Below, piece by piece: positions 11,901-26,900 of a stretch of 64,000 bases of DNA. The notes beneath the pieces are model-generated. The model was given only the letters and a program-made list of their open reading frames with translations. It was not told where the DNA came from and did no database searches. The translations under genes were made by a program, and so were the position numbers. Source of the stretch: Phoronis australis (taxonomy: Eukaryota > Animalia > Phoronida); assembly GCA_002633005.1 (NCBI GenBank), contig NMRA01000439.1, forward strand, positions 248,001-312,000, given 5' to 3'. Numbering within the stretch: position 1 is the first letter of the stretch; every line of letters starts with the position of its first letter.

Positions 11901-14900
11901 TACAGACATTTACCTGCAGCTTATACTAAAACAGAGCAGGAAAATACGAAGAATTGTTAGGAGTTTGAGTTCAAGTTTACATTTGAACAAGAGCCCTGAA
12001 AATTACCAAACATTTTTTGAGAAAGATTTTTTTAAATTTCATTCATGGTTTTAACGTTATATACAGGACCCTAGAACAAAACTTTCGAATTTTGGAACGC
12101 CACATCTCAGAAACTTTGACATATACTGTTAGAAATTCTTTATACAATGTTCCATTATTGCATGAGAAGGTATCAAAACTGGGACTTTTATGGAAAAAAT
12201 CAAAAGTTGAATGAAAAGGAAATGAAATACTATAGAAAAACGTAACTGTTACAGAGTTTTTGAGATTTCATCTTGAACATTTATATAAAATATTAATAAT
12301 ATAACCATGTTATTGGTATCATTGTTACTATGGATGAACCTTTCTTGTGTTGGCAAAACTCAATAAATGACATGGTCACATGACCCAATTAATGTCAGAT
12401 AAAAAATGAAAAAGTCAAAAATTAAAGTTTACACACACTGGTTTTCTAATTTCAGAAAACCCATACTTTTACCGACTTAAAAGCAATTTTGGTAGATATT
12501 TGGCAAGTCTGACTCGTGGATGAGGCCCTACATAACTTTAGGACTATCATGAGGACCAACCTAAACAGGGGCAACCGTAACAATTCTTATATTTGGGACA
12601 AAAATAATATTGCTGGTGTTGGGCATGTTTACATTTTCAGAATTGATGTTTACTGTATCGGTGAGAAATTTGACTAAACAGAGTTTCACTTGACTACCAT
12701 TGTGTCAGCACAGAGACTGAAAGCAAAACGTCTACAAAACACGTCAAGTTAATTTTAATTGAAGTGACGTACGTCTTTTGAGTTGGGTTCACCCTGATCC
12801 CAGTTTGTGTAAGTAACATCGTCGTTGCTGACCCACATGTAAGAGTTGTCGCGCATTACTTTCAAACCAATCCATACTGTTCGATCCGTTCCACGCAGCT
12901 TGCTAACGAGGAAGTCTGCAAATGGATAATATCAAATTTTGCATGATTTTTGAGATTGGAAAATGAACAGCAGCTTGTTACTGCCGCAGATCACAGGCGT
13001 AAAAAGGACAGTCCACGTCAAGCCAGATCTTTGAGCCTCATCTCATGAAGAAAAAAAACTAAACTTTAACTTCTTACCAAGCTAATAAATACACTATGAT
13101 CTGTGTTCGGACTGTCAATGTCACAGACATCAAAGAATTATGCAACAAACATTTCATCATCACCGTAGTTCAAAGATATGAGAATTGACAAGTTGAGAAC
13201 ATGTTATAAGAAAAATCAACTTACTCAGAGATCAAGGTGAGAACAGTTCTTGACACAGAGTCAAATTTTTAAGTCAACTTGTAGTAGCAAAAACTAGTCT
13301 GAGAGATGTCTGACGGCAAGATATAAAGATCTTTCACAGGTGGTGCGAGCACATAATATCATGAATACCGGCGATATGATGGATAGCTTTGATAACGAGA
13401 AATTACTCGTTAAAACACGTAGTAACAATTTCAATATCAAAGCAGCATAAGATTTTAGACAACATCAAAGAGTATCATGATGTAAGTGCAATGTGACAGG
13501 CAAAAAATATCCGATGTATAAAAATTTACAAAAACAAAGTATACAAAAATAAGAATTACGTCATTAGGAATGTTTCCACTCTTCTTAAAAACGGAGCGTT
13601 GCATTTTGCAACAACTTGCCTACGACTGCCTACGCTACAACCAAATTTCAGACATTTGACGAAACAGGCCCTTGAGGTTTCAGGTATACACCATAACTTT
13701 TGTTGACAATCAACGCGAATACATCAAAACTCTCCAGCATGGTCCCTTGACTGTTTTAACAAATGCTCACCCCCACCCCATCCCGGCAAACTGAATGTAA
13801 ACCAAACACACCCACAATTCCCAGACTCTGTCAGTGTAATATTATTTGCCCTTGTATTATCAATTATTTATAGTTTATTTCATCTTAATTATTCTTCTTT
13901 CTCACCCTTCTTAGATTTGAGTTCATAATATCAGTTTTGTGCAGCCCTATTTATATTTTTAAGGTCAGACAGCATCTAACATGGCCCCCGGCGGACATTT
14001 GTAATGTACACTTTCCTCTCGCTATTAATGCAAACATAATACAAGTTACACTCTCACCACTCTCCAACTCAGTACGTCAACCAGTACAGCCACTCTAAAA
14101 CACATAATGTACACCTCTGCTCCTGCAACAAATTCCAACATAACAGCCCTTCACACAGGTCGTTCTCATACTCCATCAGTACGTTACCCTGAGCACACAC
14201 CCCTATATACAATGTACACGTCTGCTCCTACAACATAACAGCCCTCCACACACCGTTCTCAGACTCCGTCTGTATGCTAGCAAGTACAGCGCCCTCCTTT
14301 TTGCATGCCTGGTTGGCCTTCTCCCANNNNNAAAAGCGGACGAATAATTAATAAAATTACGAAAAGCTGTAATTAAGTGAAAAATATGTCTAGGATAACC
14401 AACCAACCTTATTTTAGCTCAAAATGACATGGAAAAAGGTTGCCTTCGCCTTAACATGGCCCCCGGCGGACATTTGTAATGTACACTTTCCTCTCGCTAT
14501 TAATGCAAACATAATACAAGTTACACTCTCACCACTCTCCAACTCAGTACGCCACCCAGTACAGCCACTCTAACACACATAATGTACACCTCTGCTCCTG
14601 CAACAAATTCCAACGCAACAGCCCTTCACACAGGTTGTTCTCAGACTCCATCAGTACGTTACCCTGAGCACACACCCCTATATACAATGTACACGTCTGC
14701 TCCTACAACATAACAGCCCTCCACACACCGTTCTCAGACTCCGTCTGTATGCTAGCAAGTACAGCGCCCTCCTTTTTGCATGCCTGGTTGGCCTTCTCCC
14801 ACGGCTCGTAGTTATTCCAACCACTGTTAAATATTCTGTAGCACTTGTTGTAAAAACCATGGTAACCCTTGGGGCAGTAGCCAGGCAGGGGGGCGGGGTG

Positions 14901-17900
14901 TGGAGTTGTGATGGGCTTGGCCCCAACATACTTCTCGCACACAAAGCCGGTCTTGAAGGAGCAGTGTTCATCGTTCCAGAAACCTGAAGGATAGATGTAA
15001 AAGGTCAAATAAGCTCATAGTGAAATTTACCTTGCGGATCTACTTACAGTAAAAATCCCTTAAATGTAAACTAGCTCAAGGACTGATGTATCAGTTGACT
15101 GCATGATGAATCGCACATTGTGATTTTTTCCTATCAACTCTCATGGGTTAATTTCAGTTACAAGTAAGACATGTCATGAAACAACTAAAGATCACGAGAT
15201 AAGGAGTTTTCTCTAATAGTTCGTACACTAGTGTACAAACTGTTTTTCCCTCAGACACCTACTGTATGAACTATTAGAGACAAACAACATGTTTCAAAGG
15301 CCGTGTACGAACTAATAGCGTGTACAAACTATTAGAGAAATCACCGTCAATAAAAATTTGTTTGCCCTTTCCCAACCGACCCGCTAAAAACCAGAGGACT
15401 CAGAAAATTTTATTGACAAAATTCATCTGACTTTTTATTTATTACTCTACACAAAATGCTGTAATCAATTTCGCACTTTTGCTTGATTGATGACACAGCC
15501 CAGGAATAAGTCCTTACCAGTAACTTGGTTGTTTCGTTACAAAAAATGTGTGAGCAAAAATCCTTCAACAAAATCTCAAATGTGAGTTGTTAATTTCTCA
15601 AGACTCTTGAAGAAGGTGTGGCCCATTGGTTGAGAAACAGTAGCAAAATTGATGAATGAAGTTTAAAAAAAATTCTGTTGCCTACCTACCTACCGAGATG
15701 TTAAACGTATGGCCGGGTTAGAGCAAACAAAGATATTTTTAAGGCTGGCCCAAGTTTAAATCTTCATGTCAAAACGGACAACACACGCATGCAGAAAGAA
15801 GGACAGGCGGAAAAAGGTGTTACAAGCATACCCCATGCTCAACTCACCTGAATCTCTGAACATCCCTCCGCATGCTTCGCCCCCACCAAAATCATTAGGT
15901 TCCATCCTAGCCCAGTTGACGTACTTCAGGGGTGCACCATCTGCCCACCTAGTAGGTAGATCAAACAAGACTTTTTCTACACGAGCTGTTACTATGCTAG
16001 GTGTAGCTATTAAAACAATGTGTGACCACTTCAGTGTATAGTCACTGATTTTCAAGTGGGCCCACTCGGAAATAATTACATAAAATAAAATACAGAGAGT
16101 TATTTAACAAATTAGCTGTTCTACAAGAGATGTCACTAGGTGTTGCTAAAGAATAGACGGGAAATGAAGCGATTTACCGGAAAGGTCAAAGAAGAACGTT
16201 TTTCAGGGAAATGCACTATAGAATGAGAAAAGAGAATTTTATATTTGCATGCGTTCCTAATGTTGATTCATTAGTAATGTTTGTATTTGATCCACTTATT
16301 GATACTAAAACAAAATCGTCGCTCGGAGAAGAACCAGTTATCCGCAGGCCTTCTTCAACAACAACTCTACAGTAGGAACAGATTTTACATGAAGTAATCC
16401 TAAGGTAAGACCGTGCATGAAAACAATAATATCAAAGCACATATTTCAAATTTTCAGCAGCACAATGCCATCTAAAACTAACACAAATACATCAAGGGTT
16501 CTTTCAATGAAAAAATGCTGACCAGTAGGTAAGTGATGAATGGAGTATTCAAGCCCTTAAAGGCACAATGAATGCAACAAAATCTATACAATGCCTGACA
16601 ATTCTGGTGAAGCACCAAATGCAAAAACAGAGGCATATCTAAAGAACAAGTAAACATCGACGCCCAATTGGGGAAAGGAGACAGGTTATGACTTCACAGG
16701 TGAAATTAAGCACAGAATCTGATGTGACAAAGCACAGCAGACTGAAGACAAGGGTTGATTGCGGTCAAATAGGAGCATTGTCACAATTGGAACCTAGTGG
16801 AGTAAAGTTCAATCTTTATAAGCAAAGGGCATGAGTATACCTGTGACCGCCGCCAATGGCGAGCTCATTCAATCCGATCCACACCTGCCAGGAGTTGAGA
16901 GATTTTACCTGTAAAGGATACAATGTAAGGTTTGCAGACAGCTAGCTGTGATCACAAGACTATAGTACAGTTAAAATAACAGTCTGGAAGAAATTTCATT
17001 GACTCGTGAACAAGTTAAGAAGTAGCAATGCCAGAAATTGTGTGGAAGGTTTGAGAATGATATTACAATATGGAATATAATTTAAATCCTGTTTACGTAA
17101 CATGTCAGTCAGCGTTGCCTATTTTCCCTAAGTCCAGCATGATTAAGGTCAACTGCTCTTCAGTAAGTCTAAAAACAAATTGAATGGAACTATTTTTTTG
17201 AAGAGACTTATGAACATAGATTATTTCAAAAATGTGTACTCTGAAAACATACATCTTCCTATGCATTACCTGTGCCTGAATGAAGTTCTGTTCACGCTGA
17301 CTACTAATAGAAGTCAGGTAACCACCTCTTTGCATGCAGTAACTATTGGCCTGTCGCCATGACAACGCAGTATCCCCCTGGCCATCCATAAACAGGTAGC
17401 ATTTTCCATCCAACGCCTTCCAAGAGTCATTGTCCGGAGCACAGCTACCAGCTGACAAATGAGGAACAGAACTAGTCAAACTGATGGTACTTCATCGAGA
17501 CAGTTAACATCCATGTTTCGCTTAAAGCCCATCAGCAAAAATAGCCAACCCCTAATTTCACAACTGAGACCTGCTCCAAACTGCCCAATGACATGTCTTT
17601 GTGAACGCCATGCTGTCTTAACCCGAAGCAGGCCTTTATGCAGCGGACGTCCTGGGCATCCAAATGGACGCCCTAGCACTAATCTGGACGCCCTGACAAG
17701 GACGTCCAATGTATCATTTGGACGCCCACTGTCAATAGGAACCTTTCAAGTTTAGATTCACACATTGTAATGAATACTAGGAAGACTCTGAAGGCTCACA
17801 GTGGGGGCTGTTTTTTCAAAGCAGGAAGAAAATATATACAATGTATATAGAAAGTATATACAATGTTGCTATGCTCACACTTGGTTGATACCATTGTAAA

Positions 17901-20900
17901 AGTCTTGGTCTACAGTTAGTAAAAATGCTCACTACAGAAGGCTGTTTTGTAAACTTAAATGTAAAAACCTTGGTCTATGCATTTTTTTGTAAAAAAATGT
18001 GTCTGGGGGGATTGCTGGGGGTGGGGGGNTCATGGATGCCCTGGAATATTGGGAACCCCATTTTGGACACCCTATTTTCGAAATCCTGGATAAAGGCCTG
18101 ACCCGAAGGTACAAAACTCTTACCGCTTACCTTTGATAAATAAACAGTCAAGAGTTTCAGTTGCACCTCACCTTATACATCTGGGAAAATACCTGAAGTC
18201 ACCGGCTATTCATTATTCCTTGAAACGAGACGGGCACGTTTACCCGAATCAATCGTTCATGTAAAAACAACCCACCGCACACTTCTAATTTCGAAATGCC
18301 CATGCCCAGCTGACCCCCGCCATGATTTCTAGCTCCCTAATTTAAGCGTCTGGGCTTTAATCAGCACTGGTACATTAACACAGAAATAATATGAAAAAGG
18401 AAATGAGCACCAGTTCTATAGTTTCCGTGAAGTTGAACATCCCATGTCAGTACTGGCAGACAATCAGAGTTCTCAAAGTCACGGTGTACAAAACCACGAC
18501 TAAATGATATAATTATCCAATCTTTTTTTACTAGAGTCTGTTGCAATTCTAGCTAAATCAGGACAAAATCCAGACCGGTACTGCTCTTGTTGAAATCCTG
18601 ACAACTTACTGCACAAGTCTATTTCAATCACTGTAGCGGCAAGTGTAATAACGTAACATAAAACTCCAACAAAAAAGCTTTTTTATGGCGACAAAGTGTG
18701 ACAGAACTGCTCTAAGTCTGGCAGTCTGACAGTTTGGTCAAAGTGTAACATATTAATCTGGTTTTTACTCATCTCACTGTGTTCAATAAGTCTCTAATAC
18801 TAACCACAGACTCACACTATTGTTGGAGCTTAGTTGTTCCACAACAGTCTACTAATAAACAGACAGTGTATGTATGTCTGTCCTGACTGAAAGACTGTTT
18901 TAAAAGACATGCAAACAAAGTGGTATTGCAAGAAGACGATTTCTACTTACGGGGACCGGCCGTTGGCGGTGGTGTGCCTGGAGTGGTGAGAATAAGGTTG
19001 AAGTCTGGAAATTACAAAATGGAATTTTTTAATTACTTTTAGCCAATTCTGCCAAAATAATGAAATTTCAAAACTGACTATGATTTGTGAAATGTGTACT
19101 GACCATACGATTAATGCGAACAGGAAATACTTAAAAACCACCTAAAGAGTGGACGCATTTAAATCTCCATGATAATACATTCAAACCAGTTTTCGATAAA
19201 AAGTATGCGTGAACACCATTTTGTGATCTAAAGCAACTTCTTCAACAAAATTTTTAAGTGTAACTGTTCAGAGAGATTTTAATTTCTCTTCTCGGTGTAA
19301 AAAGATGGCAACAGCATGGTTACATGTTGAAACTGGAACCGGTGTAACAGTTAGAAACTAGTCAAGGACATGGATCTGACCTATTGTCAACCATTTTTCT
19401 TATAGCAACATTATTGTTTTTTCAGCTGAAAAATGCATTTTTGCGACTATTGTTGGATGGGATGAAGCTTCTTGAAGTTATTAACTTAGACAAGGGCAGC
19501 AATTAGCTTAAGCTATAAAAAGCAAAATGCATTTATTTGTTATTCCATTACACATAGCCAATTCTTGCTGCTGGCTGCCACACATTTGCTGAAATCAAGG
19601 CTAATACGTGTTTTTACCAAAAACATTACTACTTAAAGTGTCAAATTTAACACAGTGGCAGAATGTTTGACTAGCAACTGCGGAGCAAGCAGGTTGATTG
19701 ATTCAGCACTACTGCTAACTTCTTTAAAAACATTTTCTGATCGAGAATGTTCCTTTAATGCAGCGCATAAATTGACGATTCTGTTCACACCACCTATTGA
19801 GGCGAAGTCTTCAGCAATAACAAACAGTTCTTTGCAAGCACAGCAGTCTTTTAATCTAAAGTTGCACCAAGGAAAAGGTTGAGGTCAATTCTGGAGTGGA
19901 AACCAGATCTTACCACACACAAAAACCCTTACCAAAGAGCCTGAATGCCCTTACACTGCACGCCCCAGTTCCTGCCTGTTGCGTTTTGAATCACTTGCAC
20001 TAAAACTATCCGAAGTTGTGTTGGAGTACAGGTTATGTGGTAAGGGTGTGATCCGTGGCAATAGCTTTTTGTGCAAGGTACATTTTTGCTGTGTATGATA
20101 GGGATGGTTTCCACCCCCTGAAGTTCATGATGGTAAACATAAACAAGAATGGGTCGTGCACTTAAACAGCCTTAGCGTGATTTAACAGGAGAATCCACAC
20201 CTCTCCTCAGTTTGCAAATCCAGTTACGCTTGTTTCCACAGAAGTTGTCGTTCCATTGGCCGTTCCAGACGTCCATCTCTGCACAATTCTCATTGTTGTT
20301 GGCATTGTTTGGCTCGCCCCTGTTCCAGTTGGTGAAGTCAGATGGCGACCCGTCTGTCCACACGTACCCTTTCTTACTGTCACGGTTGTTGAAGCCAATC
20401 CAGTAACTGATGGATGAGCCTCTATATCTACAGTTGTATGGGGAGGGGGTTAATGACTTGAAAAAAACTGACTGCTTAGAACAAGGACAAATAAATTGCC
20501 CCAATACTTCACTTCTTTGTTGAGACTTTCAAAGCAAAAACATCTCAGCTTGCCTTAAGTACACTCCTTATACTCCTTGAGAGGCTCTGAGTATCGTCAT
20601 TATAGAATTATGGCAACAGGAATCATCAGAGCAAAAAATGTGATTGAACAAGCGAACAATAAGTCGCAAGTGGAGATTCAGAATTTCAATAAGAAGCAAG
20701 TCTTGAAAAAGTTAACAAAGTTTACAGCTTTTTGAAAATGTAAGACAAAAACTAGAGCTGCAATTTGCCCTGTTCAGCTAGCTATAAGACAGAAACCAAT
20801 AAATTAAGTTCGAAATCATAAAATATTTTAAAAAAAAATCTATGATGATAAAATATTTCCAAAAAAAACATCTACGCTCTCCTCCCCAGACACAGAACAC

Positions 20901-23900
20901 TCCTAGAAAACTTAAGTGTTAAGGGAGAACTTCACTTTATAATAATTTCTCTGAAAAACACAAAATCAAAACTGAAAACAGTCACAATAATGGTTGTGAA
21001 TCTAGGATATGCACATGCAAGAGTTTGAAATCTGAAAACTTTTCCGTTAAAATATGACATTGAATAAGGGACCTTGTGCTTTCACCATGAAGAATAGCTA
21101 GTCCACTAAAATATATTGAGACAACAAGTTAAACACTGTATTTCATGCTCAATGGCTATAACATGTAGTCTGTGGTATTTGATAAAATATCAACATAATA
21201 TTTCTGATGAAAATGCAGTTAGTAAAACATGCATGTATGCTGAAAATCCACATTGCATACAAAAATGCCGGTGCATACCAAAAATCCAAGAAAACGATGT
21301 TGAGATAACAATTNNNNNNNNNNNNNNNNNNNNNNNNNNNNNNNNNNNNNNNNNNNNNNNNNNNNNNNNNNNNNNNNNNNNNNNNNNNNNNNNNNNNNNN
21401 NNNNNNNNNNNNNNNNNNNNNNNNNNNNNNNNNNNNNNNNNNNNNNNNNNNNNNNNNNNNNNNNNNNNNNNNNNNNNNNNNNNNNNNNNNNNNNNNNNNN
21501 NNNNNNNNNNNNNNNNNNNNNNNNNNNNNNNNNNNNNNNNNNNNNNNNNNNNNNNNNNNNNNNNNNNNNNNNNNNNNNNNNNNNNNNNNNNNNNNNNNNN
21601 NNNNNNNNNNNNNNNNNNNNNNNNNNNNNNNNNNNNNNNNNNNNNNNNNNNNNNNNNNNNNNNNNNNNNNNNNNNNNNNNNNNNNNNNNNNNNNNNNNNN
21701 NNNNNNNNNNNNNNNNNNNNNNNNNNNNNNNNNNNNNNNNNNNNNNNNNNNNNNNNNNNNNNNNNNNNNNNNNNNNNNNNNNNNNNNNNNNNNNNNNNNN
21801 NNNNNNNNNNNNNNNNNNNNNNNNNNNNNNNNNNNNNNNNNNNNNNNNNNNNNNNNNNNNNNNNNNNNNNNNNNNNNNNNNNNNNNNNNNNNNNNNNNNN
21901 NNNNNNNNNNNNNNNNNNNNNNNNNNNNNNNNNNNNNNNNNNNNNNNNNNNNNNNNNNNNNNNNNNNNNNNNNNNNNNNNNNNNNNNNNNNNNNNNNNNN
22001 NNNNNNNNNNNNNNNNNNNNNNNNNNNNNNNNNNNNNNNNNNNNNNNNNNNNNNNNNNNNNNNNNNNNNNNNNNNNNNNNNNNNNNNNNNNNNNNNNNNN
22101 NNNNNNNNNNNNNNNNNNNNNNNNNNNNNNNNNNNNNNNNNNNNNNNNNNNNNNNNNNNNNNNNNNNNTCCTTTGAGCGGTTTGGTTGATAGAGGGGTGG
22201 AAGCACAAAAGCAGACTCGAAAACAGTAAAAATGGCCACTAGGTGGCGCAAACTATGTCGAATCCATCCGAAAACGGCAGGATAGCGTCATCTCACTACT
22301 AGGTGCCTACATACCAAATTTCATGAAAATCCGTTCAGGACTTTTGAAGATACAAAGGTAAGCGTAAAAAACTAAAATTGCCACTAGGGGGCACACCGGT
22401 AGTCGGATCCGTCCGAAAGTTCGCACATGCCGTCCCATTCATGAATGGAACATATGTGCCAAATTTCATGAACGTATGTCAAAGGCTTTTGGAGATAGAG
22501 CCGCGGACGCCGGACGCCGGACGGACGGACGGACGGACGGACGGACAGAGATGACGGCATAATGCGTCCACATATAAATATGTGGGCGCATAAAAATACA
22601 GAGAGTTATTTAACAAATTAGCTGTTCTACAAGAGATGTCACTAGGTGTTGCTAAAGAATAGACGGGAAATGAAGCGATTTACCGGAAAGGTCAAATTCT
22701 TAGCAAAGAAGAACGTTTTTCAGGAAAATGCACTATAGAATGAGAAAAGAGAATTTTATATTTGCATGCGTTCCTGTTTGTTAGTAATGTTTGTATTTGA
22801 TCCACTTATTGATACTAAAACAAAATCGTCGCTCGGAGAAGAACCAGTTATCCGCAGGCCTTCTACAAAAACAACCCTACAGTAGGAACAGATTTTACAT
22901 GAAGTAATCCTAAGGTAAGACCGTGCATGAAAACAATAATATCAAAGCACATATTTCAAATCTTCAGCAGCACAATGCCATCTAAAACTAACCCAAATAC
23001 ATCAAGGGTTCTTTCAATGAAAAAATGCTGACCATAAATGCCTAGGTAAGTGATGAATGGAGTATTCAAGCCGTTAAAGGCACAATGAATGCATCAATAT
23101 CTATACAACGCCTGACAATTCTGGTGAAGGACCAAATGCAAAAACAGAGGCATATCGAAAGAACAAGTAAACATCGACACCCAATTGGGGAAAGGAGACA
23201 GGTTATGACTTCATAGGTGAAATTAAGCACAGAATCTGATGTGACAAAGCACAGCAGACTGAAGACAAGGGTCGATTGCGGTCAAATAGGAGCACTGTCA
23301 CAATTGACACATAGTTCAACCTTCATAGGCAAAGGGCATGAGTTTACCTGTGACCGCCGCCAATGGCGAGCTCATTCAATCCGATCCACACCTGCCAGGA
23401 GTTGAGAGATTTTACCTGTAAAGGATAAGATGTAAGGTTTGCAGACAGCTAGGTGTGATCACAAGACTATAAGTACTAACAGTTAAAATGACAGAGTCTG
23501 GACGAAACTTTGTTGACTCGTGAACAAGTTAAGAAGTAGAAATGCGAGCAATATTATGGTTTTACATGACGTGTAGAAGGTTTGAGAATGATTAAATCCT
23601 GTTTACGTAACATGTCAGTCAGCGTTGCCTATTTGTCCTAAGTCCAGCATGATTAAGGTCAACTGCTCTTCAGTAAGTCTAAAAGCAAACTGAAAGGAAC
23701 AACTTTTTTGAAGAGACTTATGAACATAGATTATTTCAAAAATGTGTACTCTGAAAACATACATCTCCCTATGCATTACCTGTGCCTGAATGAAGTTCTG
23801 TTCGCGCTGACTACTAATAGAAGTCAGGTAACCACCTCTCTGCATGCAGTAACTATTGGCCTGTCGCCATGACAACGCAGTATCCCCCTGGCCATCCATA

Positions 23901-26900
23901 AACAGGTAGCATTTTCCATCCAACGCCTTCCAAGAGTCATTGTCCGGAGCACAGCTACCAGCTGACAAATGAGGAACAGAACTAGTCAAACTGATGGTAC
24001 TTAATCGAGTTAACATCCATGTTTTGCTTAAAGCCCATCAGCGAAAAGTGCCAATCCCTAATTTCGCAACTGAGACCTGTTCCAAACTGCCCAATGGCAT
24101 GTCTTTGTGAACGCCATGCTGTCTTAACCCAAATGTACAAAACTTTTACCGCTTACCTTTGATAAATAAACAGTCAAGAGTTTTGGCTGCACCTCACCTT
24201 ATACATCTGGGAAAATTCCTGTAGTCTCCGGCAATTCATCAATAACTTTGAAACGAGGCGGGCACGTTTACCTGAATCAATCGTTCATGTCAAAACAACC
24301 TACCGCCGACTTCTAATTTCTAAATGCCCATGGCCGGCTTCACCCCCGCCATGATTTCTAGCTCCCTCATTTAAGCGTCAGGGCTTTAATCAGCACTGGT
24401 ACGTTAACACAAAAATAATATGAAAAAGGAATTGAGCACCAGCTCTATAGTTTCCGTGAAGTTGAACATCCCATGTCAGTACTGGCAGACAATCAGAGTT
24501 CTCAAAGTCACGGTGTACAAAACAACGACTAAAGTGTAATAACGTAACATAAAACTCCAACAAAAAAGCTTTTTTATGGCGACAAAGTGTGACAGAACTG
24601 CTCTAAGTTTGGCAGAGTCTGACAGTTTGGTCAAAGTGTAACATATTATTAAGACCTAGTTTTTACTCATCTCACTGGGTTCAATAAGTCCCTAATACTA
24701 ACCACAGACACGCACTAATTGTTGCAGCTTAGCCGTTCCACAACAGTCTACTAATAAACAGACAGTGTATGTATGTCTCTCCTGACTGAAAGATTGTTTT
24801 AAAAGACATGCACACAAAGTGGTATTGCAAGACGACGATTTCTACTTACGGGGACCGGCCGTTGGCGGTGGTGTGCCTGGAGTGGTGAGAATAAGGTTGA
24901 AGTCTGGAAATTACAAAATGGAATTTTTTAATTACTTTTAGCCAATTCTGCCAAAATAATGAAATTTCATAACTGACTATGATTTGTGAAATGTGTACTG
25001 ACCATACGATTAATGCGAACAGGAAATAGTTAAAAACCACCTAAAGAGTGGACACAAATCACCAGATACATTCAAACCAGTTTTTGATAAAAAACTATGC
25101 GTGGACACCATTTTGCTATCTAAAGCAACTTCTGCAACAAAATTTTTTAAGTGTAACTGTTCAGAGAGATTTTAATCTCTTCTCGGAGTAAAAAGATGGC
25201 GACAGCATGGTTACATGTTGAGACAGCAACCAGAGTAACAAACGCAGTTAGAAACTAGCCAGAGACGTGGACCTTACTTACTTCCAATGGATATTTCTTA
25301 GAGCAACATTATTGGTTTTACCGCCAAAAACCCATTTTTGCCATTATTGTTGGATGGGATGAGGCTTCTTAAAGTTATTAGCTTAGACAATGGCTAGCTA
25401 GCTATAAAAAGCAAAATGCATTTTTTGTAATTCCATTACAAATCGCCAATTCTCACTGCTGGCTACCAAACAGTTGCTGAAATCAAGGCTAATACGTGTT
25501 TTTACTATTTAAAAACACTAAAAATACATTGCTACTTAAAGTGTCAAATTTAGCACAATGGTAGAACGTTCGACTAGCTACTGCGGAGCAAGCAGGTTGA
25601 TTGAGTCAGCACTATATACTGCTAACTTCTTTAAAAACATTTTCTGATCGAGAATGTCCCTTTAATGCAGCGCATAAATTGACGATTCTGTTCACGCCAC
25701 CTATTGAGGCAAGGTCTTCAGCAATAACAAACAGTTCTTTGCAAGCACAGCAGTCTTTAAATCTAAAGTTGCACCAAGGAACAGGTTGAGATCAATTCGG
25801 AAGTGGAAACCAGATCTTACCACACACAAAAACCCTTACCACACAGCCTGAATGCCCTTACACTGCACGCCCCAGTTCCTGCCTGTTGTGTTTTGAATCA
25901 CTTGCACTAAAACTACCCGAAGTTGTGTTGGAGTACAGGTTATGTGGTGAGGTTGTGATCCGTGGCAATAGCTTTTTGTGCACAGCACATTTTTGCGGTG
26001 TATGATAGGGACGGTTTCCACCCCTTGAAGTTCATGCTGGTAAACACAAACAAGAATGGGTCGTGCACTTAAACAGCCTTAGTGTGATTTAACATGAGAA
26101 CTTTGAATCCACACCTCTCCTCAGTTTGCAAATCCAGTTTCGCTTGTTTCCACAGAAGTTGTCGTTCCATTTGCCGTTCCAGACGTCCATCTCTGCACAA
26201 TTCTCATTGTTGTTGGCGTTGTTCGGCTCACCCCTGTTCCAGTTGGTGAAGTCAGATGGCGACCCGTCCGTCCACACGTACCCTTTCTTACTGTCACGGT
26301 TGTTAAAGCCAATCCAGTAACTGATGGATGAGCCTCTATATCTACAGTTGTATGGGGAGGGGGTGAAAGACTTGAAAAATATTGACTGCTTAGAACAAGG
26401 ACAAATGAATTGCCCCAATACTTCACTTCTGTGTTGAGCAAAAACATCTCAGCTTGCCCTAAGTACACTCCTTATACTCCTTGAGAGGCTCTGAGTATCG
26501 TCATTGTAGAATTATGGCAACAGGAATCATCAGAGCAAAAAATATAATTGAACAAGCCAACAATAAGACGCAAGTGGAGATTCAGAATTTCAATTTGAAG
26601 CAAGTCTTGAAAAAGTTAACAAAGTTTACAGCTTTTTGAATTTGCTTGACAATGTAAGACAAAAACTAGAGCTGCAATTTGCCCTGTTCAGCTAGCTATA
26701 AAACAGAAACTAATAAATTAAGTTCGAAATCATAAAAAATATTTTAAAAAAACCTATGATGAAAAAATATTTCAAAAAAAACATCTATGCTCTCCTCCCC
26801 AGATATGAAACACTCCTAGAAAACTTAAGTGTTAAGGGAGAACTTCACTTTATAATAATTTCTCTGAAAAACACAAAATCAAAACTGAAAACAGTCACAA

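Noticed and set aside
14254-14326. Alternative or pseudo-exon copy of exon 43
   Set aside because: Truncated at Ns inside a near-identical 350-bp duplication; most simply an assembly artefact.
21116-22251. Long ORFs of 329-357 aa
   Set aside because: They consist almost entirely of the 855-N assembly gap.
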